DNA from: Alphaproteobacteria bacterium
Lineage (GTDB): Bacteria > Pseudomonadota > Alphaproteobacteria > SHVP01
DNA length: 64,000 nucleotides
Assembly (NCBI GenBank): GCA_038121105.1
Contig: JAYONB010000007.1
Location: 119,365-183,364, forward strand
Direction: 5' to 3'
The position numbers were made by a program, and so were the translations under genes. Every line of letters starts with the position of its first letter. Within the stretch, counting starts at the first letter, position 1. Positions 28,155 to 38,164 of this stretch are shown here, in pieces. The notes beneath the pieces were generated by a model, which was given only the letters and a program-made list of their open reading frames with translations, was not told the DNA's origin and did no database searches.

Positions 28155-28901
28155 TCAGATCAACAACGCCGCGGCCCCCGACCCGAACAACATCACCAAG
28201 GAGACCTTGCGAAACCAGGTCAGCGGCGCCCGCGCGAACAACCGCGCCCCGAACCATGTCGCCGCCATGAACATCGGCGCCAGCGCCAGCGCGCGGGTGA
28301 TGCTCACCGCGACCGCGCCCCCGGCGACCAGCAACGACACCTGCACCACGATCAGTCCGGCAAACACCGCCAGCACGATGCGCGCGCGTTGGATCTCGGG
28401 ACGCTCCGGCGCTGACAGGAAATACGCCACCAGCACCGGACCGGTGATCCCGGCAATGCCGCCCATGAACCCGGCGATGCCACCCGCCGTTGCCCGCATC
28501 ATCGGCCCGCGGCGGCCATGATAGGTCCAGCCCGACGCCAACAGCACGCCCGACAGCAACACCAACACGCCGATGATTCGCCGCACTAAGGTCGCGTCCA
28601 ACGAGACCAACAACGCCGCCCCCACCGGCACCATGACCATTTGCGCGATCATCAGGGGCGCCATACGGCGCCAGGACACCAGCCGCATCGCCGCCGGCAC
28701 CATTTGCGCCGAGCCCAGCAACGATGTCAGGCTGCCCACCGCGATCCCCCCCACCGGGCCAAACAGCAAGGCCAGCAACGGCACCGCGAACAGCCCCGAA
28801 CCGAACCCGCCGGTATAACCGTGCATGACGCCCGCGATGGCGAATACCAGTGCGGCGTACAGGAACGAGAGGTTAAAGGCCTCGGCAAATAGCTCGGGCA
28901 T
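28155..28901 (-). CDS. TauE/SafE (DUF81) family sulfite/anion exporter
   Basis: Eight-TM protein with two GG-rich halves. The start was chosen at MPELFAEAF (28901) within the longer track ORF. Confidence 0.75.
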   Translation of the reverse strand: MPELFAEAFNLSFLYAALVFAIAGVMHGYTGGFGSGLFAVPLLALLFGPVGGIAVGSLTSLLGSAQMVPAAMRLVSWRRMAPLMIAQMVMVPVGAALLVSLDATLVRRIIGVLVLLSGVLLASGWTYHGRRGPMMRATAGGIAGFMGGIAGITGPVLVAYFLSAPERPEIQRARIVLAVFAGLIVVQVSLLVAGGAVAVSITRALALAPMFMAATWFGARLFARAPLTWFRKVSLVMLFGSGAAALLI

Positions 28902-28920
28902 CGGGCTCACAAAGCGGTGG

Positions 28921-28938
28921 GTTGGCGCGCGCGCCAAC
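28921..28938. promoter_or_regulatory. perfect 18-bp palindrome GTTGGCGCGCGCGCCAAC in the divergent TauE/pmbA promoter region
   Basis: Seen directly in the sequence. It lies 20 bp from the TauE start and 45 bp from the pmbA start. Confidence 0.35.
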
Positions 28939-28983
28939 AGACTTATATAACCGGGACGCCTGAACCCAGGAGAATCAGCGCCC

Positions 28984-30339
28984 ATGACCCAATCTCGCGA
29001 CGCCGAGGCCCGCACGCTTTCGTTCCTGAGCGACCTCGTCGCCCGCGCCATCAAGGCGGGCGCCGATACCGCCGACGCCATCGCCGCCGAAAGCATCTCC
29101 CTAGGGGTCTCCCAACGGCTCGGCAAACGCGAAGACCTGGAGCGCGCCGAATCGGTCGATCTCGGCTTGCGCGTCATGCTGGGCCAGCGCCAGGCCATGG
29201 TCTCTTCCACCGACCGGTCCGAGACCGCAGTCGAGGAGCTCGTCACCCGCGCCGTTGCGATGGCCAAGATCGCACCGGAAGACCCCCATATCGGCCTAGC
29301 CGACCCCGACCTCATCGCCACCTCGTGGCCCGATCTCGAGCTGATGGATCCCTACGAGCCCAACCCCGAAGAGCTTTACGCCCGCGCCGCCGAGGCAGAA
29401 GACGCCGCGCGCGCGGTCAAAGGCGTCACCAATTCCGAAGGTGCGGATGCGAGCTGGGGCCGCAGCACCGTGGCGCTCGCCACATCGGGCGGGTTCGCCG
29501 CAGCCTATAGCGGCACCTCGCATTCGGTCTCGGCGTCGGTCATCGCCGGCGAAGGCACCGACATGGAACGCGACTACGACTATTCCTCGGTGCGTTTTCT
29601 CAAAGATCTCGACGACCCCGCGACCATCGGCCGTCAGGCCGGCGAACGCGCGGTCAAACGCCTCAACCCGCGCAAGGTCAAATCCGGTGCCGTGCCGGTG
29701 GTGTTCGATCCGCGCGTTTCCAACGGCTTGCTCGGACATCTGGCAAGCGCCATCAACGGCGCGGCGGTTGCCCGCGGCACCAGTTTCTTGCGCGACAAGA
29801 TGGACGAAAAAGTGTTCGCCGTGGGCATCGTCATCGTCGACGACCCGCACATCAAAGCCGGGCTCGCCTCGCGACCCTTCGACGGCGAAGGCGTCGCCAA
29901 TCGCCGCATGAACCTCATCGAAGACGGCCGGCTCACGACCTGGCTCTTGGATACCGCGACCGGCCATCAACTCGGCCTTAAATCCACCGGCCATGCCAGC
30001 CGCGGTGCGTCCTCGCCGCCCTCGCCCAGCCGCTCCAACCTTTACATGGAACCGGGCCCGCACACGCCCGAGGCCCTGATGGCCGATATCGCCTCCGGGC
30101 TCTACGTCACCGAACTGATCGGCTTCGGCGTCAATGCGGTGACCGGCGATTACAGCCGCGGCGCGGCGGGCTATTGGATCGAGAACGGCGAGATCGCCTT
30201 TCCGGTCAGCGAACTCACCATCGCCGGCAACCTCAAGGACATGTTCCTCAACACCACCGCAGCGAACGATCTCGAGTTTCGCTACGGCGCCAATGCGCCG
30301 ACGATCCGTCTCGAAGGCCTCACCGTGGCCGGCGCGTGA
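28984..30339 (+). CDS. pmbA: metalloprotease PmbA (TldE)
   Basis: Full-length PmbA/TldD-family similarity. Confidence 0.9.
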   Translation: MTQSRDAEARTLSFLSDLVARAIKAGADTADAIAAESISLGVSQRLGKREDLERAESVDLGLRVMLGQRQAMVSSTDRSETAVEELVTRAVAMAKIAPEDPHIGLADPDLIATSWPDLELMDPYEPNPEELYARAAEAEDAARAVKGVTNSEGADASWGRSTVALATSGGFAAAYSGTSHSVSASVIAGEGTDMERDYDYSSVRFLKDLDDPATIGRQAGERAVKRLNPRKVKSGAVPVVFDPRVSNGLLGHLASAINGAAVARGTSFLRDKMDEKVFAVGIVIVDDPHIKAGLASRPFDGEGVANRRMNLIEDGRLTTWLLDTATGHQLGLKSTGHASRGASSPPSPSRSNLYMEPGPHTPEALMADIASGLYVTELIGFGVNAVTGDYSRGAAGYWIENGEIAFPVSELTIAGNLKDMFLNTTAANDLEFRYGANAPTIRLEGLTVAGA

Positions 30340-31136
30340 CGGCAACGCCCGCCCCCCAAGACGACCTCGGTCCCGACCACCTGCTGCTGCTCGAAGCCGT
30401 CCGCGAGGCGGGCGCGCTGGCGCTCAAGTATTTCCGCACCGACGTCGAGTCCTGGGACAAATCGCCCGACAACCCGGTCAGCGAAGCCGACCTCGCGGTC
30501 GACAGATTGCTCCGCGAGCAACTCACCGCCGCGCGACCCGACTACAGCTGGCTGTCCGAAGAAACCGAAGACAATCCCGAGCGCCGCGGCAAAAGCCACG
30601 TCTGGATCGTCGATCCGATCGACGGCACCCGCGCCTTCTTGCGCGGCACCCCGCAATTCGCGGTCTCCGCCGCGCTTGTCGTGGACGGCCGCCCGGTGCT
30701 GGGCGCCGTGTTCAATCCCGCCCAAGACGAGATGTTCGAGGCCGTCAAAGGCGGCGGCGCGCGCCTCAACGCCGCCCCGATCCATGTCTCCGGCAACACC
30801 GACCCGACTTGCGCGCGCCTCCTCGCCGCCAAAAAGACCTTCCGCACCCACGGCTGGCCCGAGGTCGCCGAGGGCGCCGAGTTCCACTTCGTCAACTCGA
30901 TGGCCTACCGCATGGTCGTCGTCGCCGACGGCCGGTACGACGCCACCATCACCACCACCAACAAAAGCGAATGGGACATCGCCGCCGCCCACCTCATCGT
31001 CGAAGAAGCCGGCGGCGCCGTCACCAACGTCGACGGCACCCCCCTCACCTACAACCGCGAACACGTCCACCACGACAACGTGCTGTGCGCCGGCAAGAAA
31101 CTCCACGACGTGTTGGTTGCTGGGCTAAAGAGCTAA
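30336..31136 (+). CDS. inositol monophosphatase family protein (CysQ/SuhB-like 3'(2'),5'-bisphosphate nucleotidase)
   Basis: IMPase motifs WIVDPIDGT and EEAGG. The GTG start overlaps the pmbA stop. Confidence 0.78.
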   Translation: MTATPAPQDDLGPDHLLLLEAVREAGALALKYFRTDVESWDKSPDNPVSEADLAVDRLLREQLTAARPDYSWLSEETEDNPERRGKSHVWIVDPIDGTRAFLRGTPQFAVSAALVVDGRPVLGAVFNPAQDEMFEAVKGGGARLNAAPIHVSGNTDPTCARLLAAKKTFRTHGWPEVAEGAEFHFVNSMAYRMVVVADGRYDATITTTNKSEWDIAAAHLIVEEAGGAVTNVDGTPLTYNREHVHHDNVLCAGKKLHDVLVAGLKS

Positions 31137-31173
31137 CGCGCGCTCGGATTCCGGGTCCCACACCCCAGCGTCT

Positions 31174-31432
31174 CTCATCCTGAGGAGGCGCCGGACGGCC
31201 AAAGCCTGCCATGGGCCTGCCGAATGGTCCCGAAGGACGCCCACCCAATTGCCGGGGCCGAAACCCGCAAAGCGTCCGCTGGCCTCCGCGGACGCTTTGC
31301 GCGCGGCACCTTTACCCCCACCCAACTCCTCCCCCTGCGCGTCAGGGGGAGGCCGGGAGGGGGTCGCCGCGAACAACGCGCGGTACCGCCAACCCCCACC
31401 TTCATCCTCCCCCTCAAGAGGGAGAGGAGATG
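31174..31432. repeat. second copy of the composite A-hairpin-B repeat, plus a B-module variant
   Basis: A-like at 31174-31245; hairpin AAAGCGTCCGC-tggcctcc-GCGGACGCTTT at 31268-31297; B at 31325-31363; B' at 31401-31432. Confidence 0.8.
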
Positions 31433-31433
31433 T

Positions 31434-32315
31434 TCAATGCGTCGATGGGGGTGACGCCACCATCAACGCATCATCCACCACCTCGATCTCCACCGGCGTC
31501 GTCAACCGGTTGTCGCCGTCCAACTGCACGGGCTTGCCCGCGGGCGCCGCAATGCGCATCCGCTGCGCTGGGACGATCCGCACGTCCGGCAAGGCATAGA
31601 GGTTGCCGCGCATATAGGCCGCGCCGTAGCGCATCAGGTTCCACCGCCCGTGCCGCAGGCCGATCAGCACATGAAGGTCGCGCCCCGTCAGCCGCGCCGC
31701 GGGCGCGACGACCTTATCGCCGGCATAGCGCGCCGCATTGGTGACGATTACCGAAGACACGCGATGGACCGCGCCGTCGATCTCGACATCGAACACCGTG
31801 TCGCCTTCGGCGATCAGCGCCCGCACCAGCGCGATGTAATAGGCGGTTTGCCCGAGCCGTTTCTTCAATCCGGGCGAAAGAAACTTCACCGCCGCCGCGT
31901 CGGCACCCGCACCGGCCGTCAGTATGAAATGCCGCCCGTTGGCGCGGCCCACCGTCACCGGGGTCAACGACCCGTCGGCCAGAACGGCGGCGAGCCCCGC
32001 CGCATCGCCGGGCAGCCCGAGTTCCAGCGCCAACACGTTGATCGTCCCCAGCGGCAACGTGGCGAAGCCGGGCCGCGCCCCGTCGCGCCTCATCAGCCCT
32101 TCCACCACTTCGTTGATGGTCCCATCGCCGCCGGCCGCCACCACGAGATCGGCGTCGGCCGCCCGGGCCACGTCGGTCGCATGATCCGGCCCCTCCGTAG
32201 CAACGACCTCAGCTGCCACCCCGCGCGCGCCCAGCGCCGCCACCACCCCGTCCAGCAACGCGGTGCGCCGCTTGCCGGCGGTCGGGTTGTGAATGATCAG
32301 AATGCGCCGCGTCAT
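31434..32315 (-). CDS. diacylglycerol kinase catalytic-domain lipid kinase (YegS/BmrU family)
   Basis: GGDGT motif and DAGK_cat layout. Confidence 0.75.
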   Translation of the reverse strand: MTRRILIIHNPTAGKRRTALLDGVVAALGARGVAAEVVATEGPDHATDVARAADADLVVAAGGDGTINEVVEGLMRRDGARPGFATLPLGTINVLALELGLPGDAAGLAAVLADGSLTPVTVGRANGRHFILTAGAGADAAAVKFLSPGLKKRLGQTAYYIALVRALIAEGDTVFDVEIDGAVHRVSSVIVTNAARYAGDKVVAPAARLTGRDLHVLIGLRHGRWNLMRYGAAYMRGNLYALPDVRIVPAQRMRIAAPAGKPVQLDGDNRLTTPVEIEVVDDALMVASPPSTH

Positions 32316-32328
32316 CGCGGCCCAGGCC

Positions 32329-34410
32329 TCAGGCGATTTTCAGCCAGACCGCGGTGTCGTGGAACGCGGCCCCGCCGTTGGGCGGCGGCGAATCCGCCCC
32401 CGTCAGCGCGTTGATCCCAATCCCATCGACGAACGCCTTGTTGGGCCAAATCCCTTCAACGATCACGACGTCGGGCTGCACGCCGTCGAACAGCTGGGCA
32501 TGCACCTTCACTTCGCCGCGCTTGTTGCCCAGCACCACCAACGCCGCGTCGGTCACGCCGAGCCCAGCGGCGGTGTCGGGATGGATCATCACCTTGGGCC
32601 GGCCTTCGCGCTTGGTCGAGGTCGGCGTTTCGGTGAACGACGAATTGAGATAGCTGCGCGCCGGGGCCGTCACCATGCGCAACGGATGCGCGTCGTCGAC
32701 CTCCTCGATGACCTCTTGATGATCGGGCAACGGCGGCATCACCGCGGCATCGGGCCCCAAGTCTGCCCAACGCGGCGCGAAATGAAACTTGCCGTCGTCA
32801 TGGGGAAAGCCGTTGACGAAATGCGCGGTGTCGAAATCGGGCATGCAATCTATCCAGTTGTCGTCCCACGCCGCCGCTTCGGGCCACCCCGAGGCGCGCA
32901 ACGTCGCATCGACCAGTTCGCGCGCGGTCATCCCAAAACCGGGATGCTCGGCACCGACCCGCGCGGCGATGCCTTGCAAGACTTCGTGGTTGGAGCGCGA
33001 CTCGGCCAATGGCTCGATGGCCTGCAAGCCAAGCTGCAAGTACGAATGCCCCCCGCCGATGTAGAAATCGTCGTGTTCGAGGAACGTCGTCGCCGGCAGC
33101 ACCAGATCGGCGGCCTCGGCCGTTTCGGTCATGAACTGCTCGTGCACGCACACGAACAAATCGTCGCGGGCAAAACCCTGGCGCACCAAATTGTGCTCCG
33201 GCGCCACCACGACCGGGTTGGTGCTCTGGATCAACATCGCCGTCACCGGCGGTCCGTCGCCGAGATCGCGTTTGTCGCCGGTCAGCACCGGCCCGATACG
33301 CGACATGTCCAACGTCCGGATCGACGGATCGATCGCATCCAAGCCTTCGATCAAGGTCGAATCGAGATGGTAGATATCGGAATTGCTGAAGAACGCGCCG
33401 CCGCCCGGCACCAGCCATTTGCCGGTCACGCTCGGCAGGCACGAGACCGCATGCACGTTGGCCGCCCCGTTGCGCGAGCGCGAAAAACCGTACCCCACGC
33501 GGATGAATGCCCGTTCGGTGGCGCCATAGGCGCGAGCGAAACCGACGATCTCGTCGACGCTCAACCCGGTGATGCGCGCCGCCCATTCGGGCGTCCGGGT
33601 CTTGAGGTGTTCTTCCAGCTCGTCCGGCACGTCGGTGTAGCGCGCCATGTAATCGCGATCGGCATAGCCTTCGGCAAACAGCACATGCATCATCGCCGCC
33701 GCCAGCGCGCCGTCGGTGCCGGGCCGCAAGCAAATATGCTGATCCGCCACTTCCGCCGAACCGTTGCGATAGGGATCGACCACGATCAGCTTCGCCCCGC
33801 GTTCCTTGCGCGCCCGCGCCACGTGGTTCATCACGTTGACTTGCGTCGCCACCGCATTGGTGCCCCACAGGATGACCATGTCGGCCTCGGCCATCTCGTA
33901 CGGGCTTGCGCCCATGAACGCGCCGACGCCGGCCTTCCAACCGGGATGCACCGTGCCGGTGCAAATCGTCTTCTTCATGCCCGAATAGCGCATCACGTGG
34001 CGCAACCGGTTGATCCCGTCGCGCTGCACCCGGCCCATCGTGCCCGCGTAGTAGTAGGGCCACACCGCTTCGCTGCCCAACGACTGCGTCGCTTGCGTGA
34101 ACTTCTCAGCGACAAGATCGAGCGCATCGTCCCAGCCGATCGGCGCAAACCCGCCCCCGGCTTGTTTGAGGAGCGGCGTCGTCAGTCGATCCGGGTGATG
34201 CACGCGCTCGGCATAACGCGCGACCTTGGCGCAGACCACGCCGTCGGTATAGCGCTGGGTCTTGGCCCCGCGCACCCGCCCGATCGTCTGGGCATCCAAC
34301 CGCTCGATCTCCAGCGCACACTGGCTCGGACAATCGTGCGGACACGTCGAAAAAACCGTCTGGGGCATATCCATGGCGGCCACGTTAATTGGGGCACTCC
34401 GGAGCGGCAA
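32329..34410 (-). CDS. molybdopterin oxidoreductase family protein (MopB superfamily)
   Basis: N-terminal 4Fe-4S CPHDCPSQC motif followed by a molybdopterin-binding domain. Length 693 aa. Confidence 0.75.
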   Translation of the reverse strand: MPLRSAPINVAAMDMPQTVFSTCPHDCPSQCALEIERLDAQTIGRVRGAKTQRYTDGVVCAKVARYAERVHHPDRLTTPLLKQAGGGFAPIGWDDALDLVAEKFTQATQSLGSEAVWPYYYAGTMGRVQRDGINRLRHVMRYSGMKKTICTGTVHPGWKAGVGAFMGASPYEMAEADMVILWGTNAVATQVNVMNHVARARKERGAKLIVVDPYRNGSAEVADQHICLRPGTDGALAAAMMHVLFAEGYADRDYMARYTDVPDELEEHLKTRTPEWAARITGLSVDEIVGFARAYGATERAFIRVGYGFSRSRNGAANVHAVSCLPSVTGKWLVPGGGAFFSNSDIYHLDSTLIEGLDAIDPSIRTLDMSRIGPVLTGDKRDLGDGPPVTAMLIQSTNPVVVAPEHNLVRQGFARDDLFVCVHEQFMTETAEAADLVLPATTFLEHDDFYIGGGHSYLQLGLQAIEPLAESRSNHEVLQGIAARVGAEHPGFGMTARELVDATLRASGWPEAAAWDDNWIDCMPDFDTAHFVNGFPHDDGKFHFAPRWADLGPDAAVMPPLPDHQEVIEEVDDAHPLRMVTAPARSYLNSSFTETPTSTKREGRPKVMIHPDTAAGLGVTDAALVVLGNKRGEVKVHAQLFDGVQPDVVIVEGIWPNKAFVDGIGINALTGADSPPPNGGAAFHDTAVWLKIA

Positions 34411-34472
34411 GGCGGACGCGGGTCAATACCGACGGCCCAATGGATCAGCACTCGGACGCACGGCTCCGAGCC

Positions 34473-34515
34473 AACTCCTCCCCCTCACCGAGGGGGAGGG
34501 CAGGGAGGGGGTTGG
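34473..34515. repeat. B-module hairpin repeat (AACTCCTCCCCCTcaccgAGGGGGAGGGCAGGGAGGGGGT)
   Basis: Same polypyrimidine/polypurine palindrome as at 17682 and 31325. Confidence 0.75.
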
Positions 34516-34559
34516 TCACATCTCGCCAAAGCGAAGGGTTTGGCCCGGATTCCGCCGCC

Positions 34560-36398
34560 ATGCTATGGTCCGCCGCAACGACCACGGGAGTTGCATTGAC
34601 CTCCACCAGCCCCGGCCCCGCGGCGAAGGGCACGACCAAGGCCCTCCTGGCCCGGCTCTTTCGCGGCTATATCGGCAAGCATTGGCGCAAACTGACGGTC
34701 GCGATGATCGCGATGGCGGTCGTTGCCGCGACGACGGCGGCCTATGCCCGAATCATGCAGCCCCTCACCGACCTCGTGTTCGTCGACCGCGACGCCACCG
34801 GGATGATCGTGGTGCCGCTGATCTTCATCGGCATCGCCGTCGTCAAGGCCGCCGCCACCTACGTGCAGTCCTATCTGATGGGCGTGTTCGGCCAGCGCAT
34901 CATCGCCGATGTGCAAAACGCGCTGTTCGCCCACATCATTCGCGCCGACATCGCGTTCTTTCATTCCACCGCCACCGGCGGGCTGATCTCGAACTTCCTC
35001 AACGATGCGAACCTGCTGCGCGAAGCCCTCAACAAAGCCCTCACCGGCATTTCGAAGGATTCGCTCACGCTGATCTTCCTCGTCGGCGTGTTGTTCTGGA
35101 CCGACTGGAAGCTCGCCTTCATCGCCACCGTGGTGTTCCCGCTCGCCATCTTGCCGATCCGCACACTAGGCAAACGCATGCGCAAGGCGTCGACGCAAAA
35201 CCAAGAACGCACCGGCGCGTTCAGCGCGCTGTTGGGCGAGACGTTCGCCGGCGCCCGCCACATCAAGGCCTACGGGATGGAGGCGCACGAGACCGAACGC
35301 GCCCGCCAATCCAACGAACACCGCTTGGCCGCCATGTTCAAAGTGATCCGCGCCCGCGCCGCCGCCACCCCGGCCATCGAAATCTTGGGCGGCATCGCCG
35401 CCGCGGCTGTGGTGTTCTACGCCGCCGGTATCGGCGATGTTCAAAACCGCATGACCGCGGGCGAATTCTTTACGTTCATCACCGCGCTCGGCCTCGCCTA
35501 CCAACCCTTGCGCTCGATCGCCAATCTCAATAGCGCCCTACAAGAAGGCCTCGCTGCCGCGCAACGCATCTTCTCGATGCTCGATACCGAACCCACCATC
35601 CAAGACGCCCCAGACGCCAAACCGCTCGACATCGCGGGCGGCGCGGTGCGCTTCGAGGGCGTTACCCATGCCTATAGCGACGGCGCACCTGCGTTGCGCG
35701 ACATCTCCTTCGATGTCCCGGCAGGCCAGACCGTCGCGTTGGTCGGTCCGTCGGGCGCCGGCAAATCGACCGCGCTCAATCTCATCCCGCGCTTCTACGA
35801 TACCGAGCACGGCCGCGTGACCATCGACGGCCAGGACGTCAAAACCGTGATCCAGGCCAGCCTGCGCGCCGCCATTGGGTTGGTCAGCCAAGAATCGACC
35901 CTGTTCAACGACACCATCCGCGCCAACATCGCCTACGGTCGGCCCGGCGCCTCGGACGACGAGATCGAAGCCGCCGCGAAGGCGGCCGCCGCACACGACT
36001 TTATTTCCGACCTGCCGCAGGGCTATCACACCCCGGTCGGCGAATCCGGCCTCAAACTGTCGGGCGGCCAACGTCAACGCATCGCCATCGCCCGCGCCGT
36101 CCTCAAGGACGCCCCGATCCTGCTGTTGGACGAAGCCACCTCGGCGCTCGACGCCGATTCCGAGCGCCAAGTGCAAGACGCCCTCAAGCGGCTCAGCACC
36201 GGCCGCACCACGCTTGTCGTCGCGCACCGGCTGTCCACCGTGATCGACGCCGACCGCATCATCGTGCTCGACGACGGCGCCATCGTGGCCGCCGGTACCC
36301 ATAACGATTTGCTTGCCCGCGGCGGGCTCTACGCCAAACTCTACGCGTTGCAGGGACAACCCGATTCTCCGGACGCACCCGCCCGCGCGCAGGGCTAA
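34560..36398 (+). CDS. msbA: ABC transporter permease/ATPase, MsbA-like lipid A exporter
   Basis: Six TM helices plus an NBD with Walker A GPSGAGKST, signature LSGGQRQR and Walker B LLLDEATSALD. ATG at 34560. Confidence 0.85.
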   Translation: MLWSAATTTGVALTSTSPGPAAKGTTKALLARLFRGYIGKHWRKLTVAMIAMAVVAATTAAYARIMQPLTDLVFVDRDATGMIVVPLIFIGIAVVKAAATYVQSYLMGVFGQRIIADVQNALFAHIIRADIAFFHSTATGGLISNFLNDANLLREALNKALTGISKDSLTLIFLVGVLFWTDWKLAFIATVVFPLAILPIRTLGKRMRKASTQNQERTGAFSALLGETFAGARHIKAYGMEAHETERARQSNEHRLAAMFKVIRARAAATPAIEILGGIAAAAVVFYAAGIGDVQNRMTAGEFFTFITALGLAYQPLRSIANLNSALQEGLAAAQRIFSMLDTEPTIQDAPDAKPLDIAGGAVRFEGVTHAYSDGAPALRDISFDVPAGQTVALVGPSGAGKSTALNLIPRFYDTEHGRVTIDGQDVKTVIQASLRAAIGLVSQESTLFNDTIRANIAYGRPGASDDEIEAAAKAAAAHDFISDLPQGYHTPVGESGLKLSGGQRQRIAIARAVLKDAPILLLDEATSALDADSERQVQDALKRLSTGRTTLVVAHRLSTVIDADRIIVLDDGAIVAAGTHNDLLARGGLYAKLYALQGQPDSPDAPARAQG

Positions 36399-36407
36399 GC
36401 ACCACCC

Positions 36408-37127
36408 GTGCTCAAACGTCTGACCCGAAAACCGTTCGTCCAGGCCCTCATCGGCGGGCTTGCCGCGGGCTATCTCCTGCTGGTGCGCTACACCACGCGC
36501 TGGGAAGTGATCGGCGACGACACCGCGGCCGACCTATGGAACAGCGGCCAACCCTTCGTACTCGCCTTCTGGCATGGCCGTTTGTTGCTGATCGGCGCCC
36601 ATTGGCGGCGCAAGGTGCCGATGAACATGCTGATCTCGCAGCACGCCGACGGCGAACTGATCGCCCGCGCGGTCGGCCATGTCGGCATCGGCACCGTGCG
36701 CGGCTCGTCCAAGCGAGGCGGCGCGGCCGCCGTGCGCAGCATGGTCAAGGCGGCCCGGTCGGGCGAATGTCTGGGCTTCACCCCCGACGGCCCGCGCGGG
36801 CCGCGCATGCGCGCCTCCAAAGGCGTGATCGATGTCGCGCGTCTCACCGGCCTGCCCATCATACCGGTCACGTTGTCGACCCGCGGCCACCGCGTGCTCA
36901 ACACCTGGGACCGGTTCTGCCTACCCCATCCCTTCACCCGCGCTGTGGTGATTTGGGGCGCGCCGATGACGGTGGCGCGCGACGCTGATGCGGCGGCCTG
37001 CGAAACCGCACGCGCGACGCTCGAAGCCGACATGATCCGCATGACCGAAGCGGCCGACCAGGCCTGCGGCCGCGCGCCCGTACCGCCCGGCGATCCGGCG
37101 CCCACCCCCGCTTCGGCGACAACCTGA
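36408..37127 (+). CDS. DUF374 (lysophospholipid acyltransferase-like) protein
   Basis: Conserved hypothetical typical of alphaproteobacterial msbA-lpxK regions. Confidence 0.6.
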   Translation: MLKRLTRKPFVQALIGGLAAGYLLLVRYTTRWEVIGDDTAADLWNSGQPFVLAFWHGRLLLIGAHWRRKVPMNMLISQHADGELIARAVGHVGIGTVRGSSKRGGAAAVRSMVKAARSGECLGFTPDGPRGPRMRASKGVIDVARLTGLPIIPVTLSTRGHRVLNTWDRFCLPHPFTRAVVIWGAPMTVARDADAAACETARATLEADMIRMTEAADQACGRAPVPPGDPAPTPASATT

Positions 37128-38107
37128 TGCGCGCACCTGCCTTTTGGTCGCCCGGGCACACCCTACTGCCCACCCTGCTCAGCCCGCTCGGCGCGCTCTA
37201 CGGGATCGCGGGCCGCATCCGGCGCGCCACCGCCAACGCGGTACGCCCACCGGTCCCGGTCATCTGTTTGGGCAACATCACCGTGGGCGGCGCCGGCAAG
37301 ACGCCCGCAACCCTTGCCGTGGCGCGTCACCTCAAAGCTCATGGCCGCAACCCGCACATCCTCACCCGCGGCTACGGCGGCAGCGCCACGGGCCCCTTGC
37401 GGGTCGATCCCAACCACAGCGCCCGCGAAGTCGGCGACGAAGCGGTTCTGCTGGCCCGCGTTGCGCCCACCTGGGTCGGCGCCGACCGGGTCGAGACCGC
37501 GCGCTTCGCGGTGGCGGCCGGGGCCGACATCGTGGTGATGGACGACGGCTATCAAAACCCCGATCTCGCGCAGGATCTGTCCTTCCTGGTGGTCGACGGC
37601 GGCTTCGGTCTGGGCAACGGGCACCTGCTGCCCGCCGGCCCCTTGCGCGAACGCCCCGCCGATGCGCTCGCCCGCGCCACCGCGGTGATCTACATCGTCG
37701 ATCCGGGGGGCGATGCCGCCGGCCCGCCGCCGCCCGGCATCGAACGCGTCCCGGTCTTTCCCGCCCGCCTGGAGCCGACGCCCGAGGCCGCGCTTTTCGT
37801 CGACCACCCGGTCATTGCCTTTGCCGGCATCGGTCGCCCCGCCAAGTTCTTCAACACGTTGCGCGCGATGGGCATTCGCGTGGTCGAAACCTATGGCTTT
37901 CCCGACCATCACGTCTTCACGGCAGACGACATGATGGTCCTGCTCGATGCCGCCGTGGCGCGCGACGCCAAACTCGTCACCACCGAAAAAGACGCCGTCC
38001 GCCTACCGCCCGAAGCGCGCGACATGGTCGAGGTCCTCCACGTCGCCCTGCAGTTCGACGATCCAAAAGCGCTCGACACCCTGCTCTCTCCGGTGCTGGA
38101 TGACTGA
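37127..38107 (+). CDS. lpxK: tetraacyldisaccharide 4'-kinase
   Basis: P-loop GNITVGGAGKTP and full LpxK similarity. Confidence 0.9.
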   Translation: MRAPAFWSPGHTLLPTLLSPLGALYGIAGRIRRATANAVRPPVPVICLGNITVGGAGKTPATLAVARHLKAHGRNPHILTRGYGGSATGPLRVDPNHSAREVGDEAVLLARVAPTWVGADRVETARFAVAAGADIVVMDDGYQNPDLAQDLSFLVVDGGFGLGNGHLLPAGPLRERPADALARATAVIYIVDPGGDAAGPPPPGIERVPVFPARLEPTPEAALFVDHPVIAFAGIGRPAKFFNTLRAMGIRVVETYGFPDHHVFTADDMMVLLDAAVARDAKLVTTEKDAVRLPPEARDMVEVLHVALQFDDPKALDTLLSPVLDD

Positions 38108-38164
38108 CCCCATCTCACCACCGCCCGGTCCTTCCTCCGCCCCCGCGCCGAGGAGGCCGACCGC

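Noticed and set aside
32293-34599. 768-aa plus-strand ORF
   Set aside because: It is antisense to the molybdopterin oxidoreductase gene, has no recognisable domains and a biased R/G/H composition.
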